Assembly (NCBI GenBank): GCA_963665115.1
Contig: OY762007.1
Location: 416,001-480,000 of the forward strand
Length of the DNA: 64,000 nucleotides
From: an uncultured Rivularia sp.
GTDB lineage: Bacteria; Cyanobacteriota; Cyanobacteriia; Cyanobacteriales; Nostocaceae
Direction: 5' to 3'
Positions 53,982-63,741 of this stretch are shown in pieces (position 1 is the first letter of the stretch; every line of letters starts with the position of its first letter). The position numbers and the translations under genes are program-made. Below the pieces are notes generated by a model. It was not told the origin of the DNA, ran no database searches, and saw nothing but the letters and a program-made list of their open reading frames with translations.

Positions 53982-54017
53982 CCTTATACTATGAGTGAAA
54001 TTTACAAGGGCAATATT

Positions 54018-55277
54018 ATGGCAGGCTACAATCCCGACTTTTTAGGGAATGAGATTAACCTTCCCGTACCCAGCTTTGCTCCATCAATAGCCGGGGATGT
54101 ACTCCGCAGTTCTTTATTGGAAGACGATATTTTTGCTACCTATATTAATTATTCCATTATCACCAATCGGGTTCGACGTTCGACTATTGTCGCTTGTGCA
54201 AATATTGACCAGAATTTGATTAAAAATGTATCAAGGAAACAAGGTTGGGATATTGATACTCGTATCGGTGCGGATTTTCAACTTGATAATGACTACTATC
54301 GCAATAATCCTTGGGATCGAGGACATTTAGCGAGACGAGGTAGTATGGCTTGGGGAAAAACTGAAAGGGAAGCGAAACGGGCTTCTGATGATACTTTTTA
54401 TTATTCCAATGCAGCGCTACAGCATGAAAACTTTAATCAAGATGAATGGTTGGCTTTAGAAAATTGGGTGTTTGACCTCAATTTAGATAGTAATGGTAAA
54501 ATAACCGTTTTCACCGGGCCAGTTTATGGCGATTTTCCTCGAACCATTACTCCACAGGGAAGAGAATCCGCACTTATTCCTTCAGCTTTTTTCAAAGTTG
54601 TTTGCTTCGTAAATAAAGACACTAACGAACTTGATGTCCGGGCTTTTCTGATGTTCCAAGATGAGGAAGCTTTAAGGGATAAACAAGGTAATAAATTATT
54701 TAATTTTCAAACTTATCAGGTAACAATTACTGAAATTGAAAGATTAACGGGTTTGGAATTTGATGATGAGATTTACGAGAAAAATCCTTTGTTATTTAAC
54801 GAAAATCCCGAAAAGAAAGAAAAACTTCATATCGCACAGTTTCCCGAACGAATTGAAGTTGATGCACCTGCTGAAATGATTGCCAAAGGTGAAGTTAGAG
54901 ATTCAATTACTATAGATAATGCTGCCATTTTTATTGCTGCTGCGATGGTAAATCCGTCGGGAGATGAAAGAGCATCGGAATGGGTTTCTGTAATCAATCT
55001 TTCTTCGGAGCCAGTGAATTTAGAAGGTTGGAGATTATCGGATACAAAGCATGAATCGTTGCAGCTAAATTCAATTTTGAAAGAGCAACAAAGGATATTA
55101 AAACCAGGGGAAGCGGTGAGGATACAGCCTTTAAATCCGGTGATGTTATCAAATCGTGGTGGGGTAATTAGTTTGTACGATAATCAAGGTAAAGGTAGAC
55201 GGGTTGATAGAGTGAATTACACTGCAAGAGATGTTGAGCGAGAGGATGCTACGGTGAGATTTTTGCGTCGGGGTTGA
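54018..55277 (+). CDS. DNA/RNA non-specific (His-Me finger, NucA/EndoG-like) endonuclease fused to a lamin-tail-like domain
   Basis: WDRGHL, TFYYSN..LQH..FNQ..W..LE, VFTGPV; C-terminal NPSGDE...EWVSVIN....VNLEGWRLSD...LSNRGG. Alternative ATG at 53991. Confidence 0.88.
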   Translation: MAGYNPDFLGNEINLPVPSFAPSIAGDVLRSSLLEDDIFATYINYSIITNRVRRSTIVACANIDQNLIKNVSRKQGWDIDTRIGADFQLDNDYYRNNPWDRGHLARRGSMAWGKTEREAKRASDDTFYYSNAALQHENFNQDEWLALENWVFDLNLDSNGKITVFTGPVYGDFPRTITPQGRESALIPSAFFKVVCFVNKDTNELDVRAFLMFQDEEALRDKQGNKLFNFQTYQVTITEIERLTGLEFDDEIYEKNPLLFNENPEKKEKLHIAQFPERIEVDAPAEMIAKGEVRDSITIDNAAIFIAAAMVNPSGDERASEWVSVINLSSEPVNLEGWRLSDTKHESLQLNSILKEQQRILKPGEAVRIQPLNPVMLSNRGGVISLYDNQGKGRRVDRVNYTARDVEREDATVRFLRRG

Positions 55278-55364
55278 TGGGAGGATGTTTTGATAAAATA
55301 TCCGGCGGTTGAAACCGCGTCTACACAAGCAAAACCCGCCGTGGCAGCGGGTTAGAACATTTTA

Positions 55365-55431
55365 GGTTCGTAGTAGCGCTTCAGCGCATCCGGATTCGGA
55401 AATATGAGGCGCTGAAGCGCAACTACGAACC
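55365..55431. repeat. REPIN-like element, right copy (another GTAG hairpin lies at 55302-55324)
   Basis: ggttcgtagtagcgcttcagcgc...gcgctgaagcgcaactacgaacc. Confidence 0.8.
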
Positions 55432-55477
55432 TTTTTTACCAAAAAATACAATCAATATTCTCAAAAAATTCGGTCAG

Positions 55478-58400
55478 TTACTTACTTCGACAAACCTTTA
55501 ATCTTTCCCGTACTTGGGGATTGCTATTTAAATAATCTTTTAACCAGTCGCATCCGCGTGTTAATAACCCGTCTAAATGATCAATCTGCCAAATTAACAC
55601 CTCATTTCCTTGAGGTTGATTACCTTGAACGTGCGCGAGTATGTATTTACCATCTGGGCTGAATTTGGCTTCAGTTATGAAGGTAGATAAATACTTATAT
55701 TCTGCAAGCTGCTTACCTGAAGTATCCCAAATTTGAAATTTCTTGTCCTTTGAAGCTGTGAGGATACGCTTACCATCCGGGCTAAATTTAGCATAGACAA
55801 TCGGACTTTGATGAGGTATTTCAACTAATTGTTTGCCATTCGTATCCCAAATAATTGCCGTATTGTTTGTGGAAGTCGCAATAATTCGTTTTCCATCTGG
55901 ACTAAAACTAGGGCTAAAAATATCTTGATTTGCTTTAATTTCTGATAACTTTTTACCTGATGTATTCCAAATGGTTGCTATTCTTCCATTACTTGCAACA
56001 ATACGTTCCCCATCTGGGCTAAAGTTAGCACCGAGATAACTATATTCACTTGCTGGAAACTCTACTATTTTTTCACCTGAAATATTCCACAAACTAGAAT
56101 AATTTTTGCCATCATAATCAAACTTAGCAATAATATATTTACTATTTGGACTCCAAGTCATACCTCTAGCTTTGAATGTAGAGATTAACTTTCCCGTATC
56201 CGACCAAATTCTTGATTTACCATCGTAAGTTGTAGTTAAAATATGCTTGCCATCTGGACTAAAAGCAGCATAATCTAATCCCTTTTCATGTCCGGAAAGT
56301 AACAGTAATTGTTTTCCAGATGTATTCCAAACACGAGCAGTTTTATCAACTGATGCTGTAACTATTTTTTTGCCATCTGGACTAAAATTAGCGCTACTAA
56401 CTATACCTGAATGTCCTTGAAATCTTGCTAACTGCTTACCAAACTTATCCCAAAGTAATACAGATTTCCAAGTTGGGGTAACTACATATTTACCATCCGG
56501 ACTCCAACTTGCTCCATTAATTTTATCTTTTGAATTAATGTTTGCTGTAACTACTGGTATTTCATCAGATAAATTCCAAATACGAACGTTTCTATCAAAT
56601 CCATAAGTAACAATATGTTTACCATCAGGACTCCAACGGGGACTTCTTTGATCTCCTGCTAATTCAGCGATTAAATCGGCAGATAAATCCCATGCTTTTG
56701 CAGCACCATCTCTTATATCCCATACTTTTATAGTGTCGTCGGTGGTAAAAAATTGCTTCCCATCAGGGCTAAATTCTGCATTACTATTTAATTCTTTTTG
56801 ATTTTTTATTTCTCTAATTAACCTACCAGATAAATCCCAAACATAAGTTTTCTCAGATGTGGTTACAAAGATACGCTGACTGTCGGGGCTAAAACCAGCA
56901 TCCGCATTCCCTGAACGATCATCTACTTTAAATCTTGCAATTTGTTTACCTGAAATATCCCAAACATAGGAATCATCAGAGTTAGTTAAAATATATTTTC
57001 CATTTGGACTCCAATAAGCGCTGCTAACAGCTTTTGTATGTCCTGAAAGCGCTTTTACTAATTTACCCGAAGTATCCCAAATACGGGCAGTTTTATCATT
57101 AGAAGCAGTCAGAATATATTTGCTATCCGGGCTAAAACTAGCGCTATTAACTGTATCTTTAAGTTGTAGTAATAAATTACCCGATAAATCCCAGATACGA
57201 ACTATTTTTTCATCAGAGCCACTAACCACACTTTTTCCATTTACAATTGTTTCAGTTTGTGGTTGTTGAGAAATAGTAATTATACGTTTCCCATCTGGAC
57301 TAAAACTGGCACTATTTACCCATTCTTGATGTTTTATTATCGCTACTTGTTTTCCAGAAAAGTCCCATATCCGAACGTTTTTACCATAAGAAGCAGTAAT
57401 AATATGTCTACCATCAGGACTAAATTCAGCCTTATAAACTCCATCTTTATGTCCTTTCAGTTCGGTTATCAGCTTACCCGACAAATTCCAAATTCTAGCG
57501 GTTTTATCTGTGGAACCAGTAATCAAAAACTTTCCATCATGGCTCCAATTCACAGTTGTAATATTGTCTTGATGGGTTGCAAATTGTTTTACCTCACGAA
57601 TATTGTTTGTTATTGTTTGCAAAGCTAAAAGCGGACTGGTTGCAGGATATTTTTCTAAGGAACGTCCATCTTGTACTAAATTTTTCAATCTTTGTCCAGC
57701 ATCCATTGCTGTTACTAAAGATTCAATTTGTTTGGTTTCAAACTGTTTTAAAGCTGTAACTCCTGCTCTTTCTAATTTTGTACCTTCTTGAGCTTCTTGT
57801 AATTGATGATTTGCTCCTATAAAAGCAATCGTAGCTCCAATCACAGAACAAATTAGAACGCCACCACCAATACGAATTTGTCGTTTAGCTTTATGTTGAG
57901 CTGTAGTTAAAGTATCATTTGCTTGTGCTAAAATGCGACTTTCTTCTTCTTGAATAGCTAATGCGGTAGTTATTTCTTGTTTTTCCAATTCCTGACTAGC
58001 ATTTAAAAACTGATAATCTTGTTTACTTAAACTTTTATCCGCAGCCCAAATATTAGCGTCTTCTAATGCTTTTCCTCGCAATAATCTAGAATCATCTTGA
58101 AAATTTGAAGTAACCCAAGCTGATAATGCTTCCGAATATGGTCTTAAATTCATAAGTTCTTTTTCTACCCAATTTAAATCAAATACTGTTGCATAAATAC
58201 GGTTGTAAACCTGTAAATACCCTTGATTTTCTACAACTAATCCTGATAGCCGTAATTCAATTTGTTCTGGACTATCATCAGCGGGTATTTGTCCTAATTG
58301 TAAAATTTTCTGATACAAACCAAGCAATGCACCTGTATTATGCTTGCTCCTTAAAATCCGATCTTTAATAGTTTTTAAATGCGGTGGTTCGTCAAAAGAT

Positions 58401-59233
58401 TCCCAATTGTCAATTATTTTCTGTCTGACAATATTTTCTACATCTTGATTTTTTAATCCTGGAAAACCTGCTAATAAATCGCATAATTTCTGTGTTAATA
58501 ATGGTTGCCCCCCAGTCCAATCCAAAACTTCTTTTAAAACAGCTTGGGGATTTTCAACTTCTTTAAATCCTGCTGCTAAAGGTGAAACTTCATCTATTTG
58601 AAAACCATTAACTTGAATAGCGCTACCAATATTAAAAGGTGTTCTAACTTTATCGGCTATTAAATCGCTTGGTGTTGCTACTCCGAGAAGCACAAAAGTA
58701 ATCCGATTAAATTCTTTGTTAAAATTACGCTTTTCATAACAGCTTCTAATCCAAGAGAAAAAGTCATCGCAGGGGAAATTTAAGCTTAAAATACTATCAA
58801 TTTCATCAATAAAGATAACTATTTTACTTTGAATTTTTTCTAATAATATTTCTTCAATAAATATATCCAAACGCTGTAAAGGTGATAATTCGCTGTTTTC
58901 CTTCCACGATGTTCTAATAAACTCGCTGGGGTTAGCTATACCAAAATTAGCAACCAACGTATAAACAATTCCTGCATACCACTGTTCTGGATTGATATCT
59001 TTACTACCCCTTCCAGAAATATCAATTGTTGTACAAGCGATTCCTTCAGCTTGCAATCGTTTGATGGTGCGAACCTGTAAACTGGTTTTACCCATTTGTC
59101 GGGAATTGAAAATATAGCAAAAGTTGCCTGCTTTGAGTTCGTTGTAAAGGTCAAAATCTGCTTTTCTAACTACATAACTGGGAGCATTTTCCGAAAGACT
59201 TCCACCAACTTTGTAAGAAAAATTGTTGTTCAT
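55478..59233 (-). CDS. AAA-like (STAND-type, AAA_35-like) NTPase, single TM helix, about 14 WD40 repeats
   Basis: Walker A-like NSRQMGKTS, Walker B IFIDEID, WTGGQP; TM IGGGVLICSVIGATIAFIGA; repeated FSPDGK.I.T.S.DKTARIWD. Confidence 0.9.
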   Translation of the reverse strand: MNNNFSYKVGGSLSENAPSYVVRKADFDLYNELKAGNFCYIFNSRQMGKTSLQVRTIKRLQAEGIACTTIDISGRGSKDINPEQWYAGIVYTLVANFGIANPSEFIRTSWKENSELSPLQRLDIFIEEILLEKIQSKIVIFIDEIDSILSLNFPCDDFFSWIRSCYEKRNFNKEFNRITFVLLGVATPSDLIADKVRTPFNIGSAIQVNGFQIDEVSPLAAGFKEVENPQAVLKEVLDWTGGQPLLTQKLCDLLAGFPGLKNQDVENIVRQKIIDNWESFDEPPHLKTIKDRILRSKHNTGALLGLYQKILQLGQIPADDSPEQIELRLSGLVVENQGYLQVYNRIYATVFDLNWVEKELMNLRPYSEALSAWVTSNFQDDSRLLRGKALEDANIWAADKSLSKQDYQFLNASQELEKQEITTALAIQEEESRILAQANDTLTTAQHKAKRQIRIGGGVLICSVIGATIAFIGANHQLQEAQEGTKLERAGVTALKQFETKQIESLVTAMDAGQRLKNLVQDGRSLEKYPATSPLLALQTITNNIREVKQFATHQDNITTVNWSHDGKFLITGSTDKTARIWNLSGKLITELKGHKDGVYKAEFSPDGRHIITASYGKNVRIWDFSGKQVAIIKHQEWVNSASFSPDGKRIITISQQPQTETIVNGKSVVSGSDEKIVRIWDLSGNLLLQLKDTVNSASFSPDSKYILTASNDKTARIWDTSGKLVKALSGHTKAVSSAYWSPNGKYILTNSDDSYVWDISGKQIARFKVDDRSGNADAGFSPDSQRIFVTTSEKTYVWDLSGRLIREIKNQKELNSNAEFSPDGKQFFTTDDTIKVWDIRDGAAKAWDLSADLIAELAGDQRSPRWSPDGKHIVTYGFDRNVRIWNLSDEIPVVTANINSKDKINGASWSPDGKYVVTPTWKSVLLWDKFGKQLARFQGHSGIVSSANFSPDGKKIVTASVDKTARVWNTSGKQLLLLSGHEKGLDYAAFSPDGKHILTTTYDGKSRIWSDTGKLISTFKARGMTWSPNSKYIIAKFDYDGKNYSSLWNISGEKIVEFPASEYSYLGANFSPDGERIVASNGRIATIWNTSGKKLSEIKANQDIFSPSFSPDGKRIIATSTNNTAIIWDTNGKQLVEIPHQSPIVYAKFSPDGKRILTASKDKKFQIWDTSGKQLAEYKYLSTFITEAKFSPDGKYILAHVQGNQPQGNEVLIWQIDHLDGLLTRGCDWLKDYLNSNPQVRERLKVCRSK

Positions 59234-59252
59234 GATGTGATATTTATTTTAA

Positions 59253-59307
59253 GTTTGTAGTAGGGACTTTAGTCCTCTCCGGAAGGGCTTAAGCCCCTAC
59301 TACGAAC
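59253..59307. repeat. REPIN-like inverted pair
   Basis: gtttgtagtagggactttagtcc...gggcttaagcccctactacgaac. Confidence 0.7.
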
Positions 59308-59309
59308 AA

Positions 59310-60191
59310 TTAGATTCTATTTTTACTAATCAAAGCTTCTAATTGCTTCAACCTATCGTCAATTAATACTATTTCTGGATGAACTGGACTATACCTTTTT
59401 GAAAGTTGCGATTTTTGGACTTTCAAATCTTCCATTTTTCGATAAGCAGCATTATTTATTAGGCTTTTAACTGTGCCTTTATATGGCTGCGGTTGCGTAT
59501 TTTCAAATTGTTTATATAAATCCTCAAGTTTAACTTCAAAATCTTGAATCATTGGATGTTGAGGTGATAATCTTGCTGAATTTATTGCTTTTTCTACTTC
59601 TATTTTGGCGATTGATTTTAAAATATCGGCAGTGGTAAGATTAGGCTCTGAAAGCGATACCCCTAATTGTGATAATTCTGTCCTAACTTCAGCGAACTTT
59701 TCTTTACTAATTCCTTCCATATGACCATTTCCAAAAACCCCATTTAACTCTTGCTGCAATATTTTATCTGCTGCTTTATAATCTTTAATAGCGTTTTCTT
59801 TATCTCCTAAATCTCGATACAGATTAGCTCGACGAATATAAGCTTCAGTATTAACCAAATCATTATCATCAATGTATTTATTCAAATTTAAAATTGCTTT
59901 TCGTTTTTCACCAGATTTTTCATAAGCCATAGCTTTTTCATCGTATTTCCTCCGCTCTTGGCTCAACACAGCTTTTTGATGTTGGTTGAGTATGTAACCA
60001 AAGCACCTTTTTGGAACTCCTGCTATCTTCAAGATGTTCTCTGCTGAATCAAAAGTTTTTGGATTTACGATTTTACATTCATGGTAATCATCGGGAACTG
60101 AAATCTGTCCAAGTAAAGGTATAGAAAAACCTAGAAATAAAATAGATGATGTATGAGCAATTATAGAAGTTATAGAGAATGGAAATTTCAT
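59310..60191 (-). CDS. Putative secreted TPR protein with two C-terminal HP-helix repeats
   Basis: Hydrophobic leader; AYIRRANLYRDLGDKENAIKDY; LSPQHPMI and YSPVHPEI. Confidence 0.75.
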   Translation of the reverse strand: MKFPFSITSIIAHTSSILFLGFSIPLLGQISVPDDYHECKIVNPKTFDSAENILKIAGVPKRCFGYILNQHQKAVLSQERRKYDEKAMAYEKSGEKRKAILNLNKYIDDNDLVNTEAYIRRANLYRDLGDKENAIKDYKAADKILQQELNGVFGNGHMEGISKEKFAEVRTELSQLGVSLSEPNLTTADILKSIAKIEVEKAINSARLSPQHPMIQDFEVKLEDLYKQFENTQPQPYKGTVKSLINNAAYRKMEDLKVQKSQLSKRYSPVHPEIVLIDDRLKQLEALISKNRI

Positions 60192-60254
60192 TATTATTTA
60201 ATCGATAGCTATTTTATTTACGATTAGGATTAGCGTTTGTAGGTTCCACTAAAA

Positions 60255-61272
60255 CTACATCCGATTACGGCTAATTAATGCTTTTAATTGCTCTATTTGA
60301 TTAGTAATGAAAATTCTTTCGGGATGCGTTGCAGTAAACTTTTTTGTAAGTTGCGATCGCATTACTTTCAAACGTTGGATTTTTATATGAGCAGCAGCCA
60401 CTATTATGCCTTTTTCTATTTCTTCATCTGGCTGTACTTGTGTATTTTCAAGTTGTTTATGCAAGTCCTGAAGCTGAGCGTCAAAATGCTGAATTAATGG
60501 GTTTTGAGGTTTGAATTTTGCTAAATTTAATGCTCGTTCGACTTCTATTTCAGCAATTGATTTTAAAATCTTAGCAGTGGCAAGATCCGGTTCTGGAACT
60601 GATACCCCTAGTTGTGATAATTCAGTTCTAACTTTATCCATCATTTCTTGATACATGGGATCTATACCACTAATCGCAAAAAGCATATTGAAATCTTCCC
60701 GCAAGATTTTATCTGCTACTTTGTAATCTTGAATAGCATTATTTTTATCTCCCAAATCCCGATACAGATTAGCTCTGTAAATATAAGTCTCAGCTCCAGC
60801 CTTAGCAGAGGAAACCACTATCACGAATGTATTTAGTCAAATCTGAAATTGCTTTTTGTTTTTTACCTAATTTTTCATAAGCCCTAGCCCTGTTCAAATA
60901 TGCAGCGTCACTCGAATCCAATCTACCTGTATTTATATTAATTACTTCGGTATAATCCTTAATTGCGGCTTTGTAATTCCCAATTTGAAAGTAAGCATTT
61001 GCACGTTGATAGTAGGGAGCTTCTACTTCAGGATTCAGTTTAATTGCTTGGGTGTAAGAAGAAATTGCAGCTTGTGAGTCTTTTTCGCACCCCATTTGAA
61101 ACAATCCCATTCTTATGAAGTCATCTACTGTATTAAGTTGTGGTGGCTTAGGAATTTTGCATTCATCAGGATTATTAGAAGCTAGGATTGGTGTAACTAA
61201 TGGTAGAGCAATTAGCAGCAAAATAGATGATGTATGAGCAATTATAGAAGTTATAGAGAATGGAAATTTCAT
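60255..61272 (-). CDS. Putative secreted TPR protein, paralogue of 59310-60191, split by an apparent frameshift near 60812
   Basis: ORFs 60802-61272 and 60255-60824 join if one base is removed; first 53 nt identical to the neighbour. Confidence 0.75.
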
Positions 61273-61438
61273 AATTAAGTAATTTAGAATAATTTTCAGT
61301 AAAATTAGATCGGTAGTGCGACCATCTTGGTCGCTAGTAATACTCCACTAATCTCATTTAACCCCAACGATATCTGAGTTGACATGGGAGTATATCGAGT
61401 TCGTATCGACTTTGTGACGAGATTGAAAATAACGCAAA

Positions 61439-61526
61439 CCTAACCCCCAACTCCTTCCCTACGAGGGAAGGGGAGTAACAATTAAAGCCTCTCTCCTACA
61501 AGGAGAGAGGTTTGGAGAGAGGTCAA
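61439..61526. repeat. Two-hairpin dispersed repeat directly before the HTH-AAA gene
   Basis: actccttccctacgagggaaggggagt and cctctctcctacaaggagagagg. Confidence 0.55.
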
Positions 61527-61530
61527 AAAT

Positions 61531-62805
61531 ATGCCACGCTCAGTTCAAGTACGTTCTGAATTTATCTCTAAGGTAAAGTCTGCTCTACCCCGTAATGGTT
61601 ATATTCGTCAAACTGATTTAGCTGAATATTTGCAAATTTCTCAATCTACTATCAGCAGTTTTCTCAACGGTAAACCTGTTGATTATTTGAATTTTAGAGA
61701 AATTTGTCGGGCTTTAAGTTTGGAATGGCAAGATATCGCGGATTTAATGCTAGAAACTTCACCTGTAATTTCAAATCCAGAAATATCGAGTTCCAACTCT
61801 TTAGAACATCCATCTGGATTAGTGCCGTTAGATTCGCCATTTTATGTTGGGCGATCGCCAATTGAAGAACGATGTTACCAACAAATCAACCAACCCGGTA
61901 CTTTAATTAGAATAAAAGCTCCCAGACAGATGGGGAAAAGCTCGCTTCTAGCAAGAATTATTGATAAATCGCAATCTCAAAAAGATCGTACTGTAACTTT
62001 AGATTTTCAACTGGCAGCGCAGCAGATTTTTGTTAATTCAGATAAATTTCTACGTTGGTTTTGTGCCAGCATCGGTTTAGCTTTAAATATTCCTAATAAA
62101 ATTAACGAATATTGGGATTTAGCTGAAATTGTTGGTAGCAGCATGGCTTGTAAAGCTTATTTTGAAGAGTATTTATTACCAACTATCGATAATCCGCTAA
62201 CTCTTGGTTTGGATGAGGTTGATAAAGTTTTTGAATATCCAGAAATTTATCGAGATTTTTTTGGGTTGCTGCGGGCTTTACATGAAGAAGGTAAACGACG
62301 TGAAATTTGGAAAAGGCTGCGATTAATAATTGTACATTCTACAGAGGTTTACGTTCCCCTCGATATTAATCAATCACCATTTAATGTTGGTTTATCGATA
62401 GAATTACCCGAATTTAATAGCAATCAAATTTTAGATTTAGCACAAAGACATCAACTTGATTGGAATAATACCGAAGTTGAAAAAATCATCAATTTAGTCG
62501 GTGGACATCCGTTTTTAATTCGTCTTACTCTGTATCATATAGCTAGTGGAAATATTACCTTAAATCAAATATTAGAAAATGTAACTAATCCCAAAAGCAT
62601 TTACGCAGAACATTTACGCCGCCAAAGTTTAATTCTGACGCAACAACCGGAATTAGCAGCGGCTATGAAAGATATAGTTAATAACAACAATACTGAACTA
62701 TCAACTGTTACTAAATTTAAGTTACAAAGTATGGGATTGGTTAAATTGCAGGGAGATAGTGTATTTCCAAGGTGTAATTTATATCGTCAGTTTTTACGAA
62801 TTTAG
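61531..62805 (+). CDS. XRE-like HTH fused to an AAA-like (AAA_35-like) NTPase
   Basis: QTDLAEYLQISQSTISSFLNGKPV; KAPRQMGKSS, LGLDEVD, QSPFNVG, GGHPFL. Confidence 0.88.
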   Translation: MPRSVQVRSEFISKVKSALPRNGYIRQTDLAEYLQISQSTISSFLNGKPVDYLNFREICRALSLEWQDIADLMLETSPVISNPEISSSNSLEHPSGLVPLDSPFYVGRSPIEERCYQQINQPGTLIRIKAPRQMGKSSLLARIIDKSQSQKDRTVTLDFQLAAQQIFVNSDKFLRWFCASIGLALNIPNKINEYWDLAEIVGSSMACKAYFEEYLLPTIDNPLTLGLDEVDKVFEYPEIYRDFFGLLRALHEEGKRREIWKRLRLIIVHSTEVYVPLDINQSPFNVGLSIELPEFNSNQILDLAQRHQLDWNNTEVEKIINLVGGHPFLIRLTLYHIASGNITLNQILENVTNPKSIYAEHLRRQSLILTQQPELAAAMKDIVNNNNTELSTVTKFKLQSMGLVKLQGDSVFPRCNLYRQFLRI

Positions 62806-63198
62806 TTTTACTTTTAATTCACACTGTTGAAAAATATAATTTACTGCTGCAAACAACTTATCTAAATCATTATATCTTTATCAAACTAGTTGGCACACCT
62901 GCCGGTTAAGTGGACTATTTCAATTGGTGGGTTACGTCTGTTTTATGCCGTTTGACCAAATTATCGGTACCTTCTTGAAATACTGGGAGATACACTCAGA
63001 TCCTGTATCAGTATTAATTACGCAACTTCCAAGACTGCATACCCTCCACACCACACAGATATATAAAAAATTAGGAAAGCGAAATTTCCAAAACTGAATA
63101 ACCTCGAAACACCCAAACCTATAAATAAATAGAACACAACACCAACGTGCATTTACTATCCCGATAATTCATTAACGATTACAACAAGAGGAACGCAA

Positions 63199-63741
63199 AT
63201 GAAAGGTTTACAAGCAGCATTCGCACTAGTTTTCAGCTTCATAATAATTAGTCCCAGAGTAAACGCTCAAACGCCCGATACTAACGTCAAACCACAAATT
63301 GAGAAATTGCAAGTTGCATCAACCCCAAATCAGAATTTGACACCAAACCGGAAAGCACTCTCTTATTTAAAACAGGGACACACTTTTTTGAAAAATAGAA
63401 ACTATCCCGAAGCAGTAAAGGCTTTTGATCAAGTAATCAAAATTCAACCAAACAATCAATATGCTTACCAAGGTAAAGGAGCTACTTACCTTCGCACGGG
63501 ACAATTTAAACAGGCAAAAACCGATTTAGATAAATCGATTCAACTAGATAATTCACTCTCTTATGCTCACTATTACCGGGGATTAGTTAATATTGCATTA
63601 GGTAATAAAGATAATGCAAATACAGATTTTGAAACAGCAGCGAATCTATTTGAGAAAGAGGGAAACACAAAATTAGCTAAATTAAGTCGTGAGTTCAAAA
63701 AGCATTACTCAGAATATTTACGCCGTCAGAGTTTAATTTGA
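63199..63741 (+). CDS. Putative secreted TPR protein
   Basis: Signal peptide ending VNA-Q; three TPRs; the last residues come from the duplicated segment. Confidence 0.8.
   Translation: MKGLQAAFALVFSFIIISPRVNAQTPDTNVKPQIEKLQVASTPNQNLTPNRKALSYLKQGHTFLKNRNYPEAVKAFDQVIKIQPNNQYAYQGKGATYLRTGQFKQAKTDLDKSIQLDNSLSYAHYYRGLVNIALGNKDNANTDFETAANLFEKEGNTKLAKLSREFKKHYSEYLRRQSLI

Noticed and set aside
53917..59307. Integron attC sites
   Set aside because: Ends read GTT...AAC, the reverse of the attC RYYYAAC...GTTRRRY order. There is no integrase, and the GTAG-hairpin structure fits REPs better.
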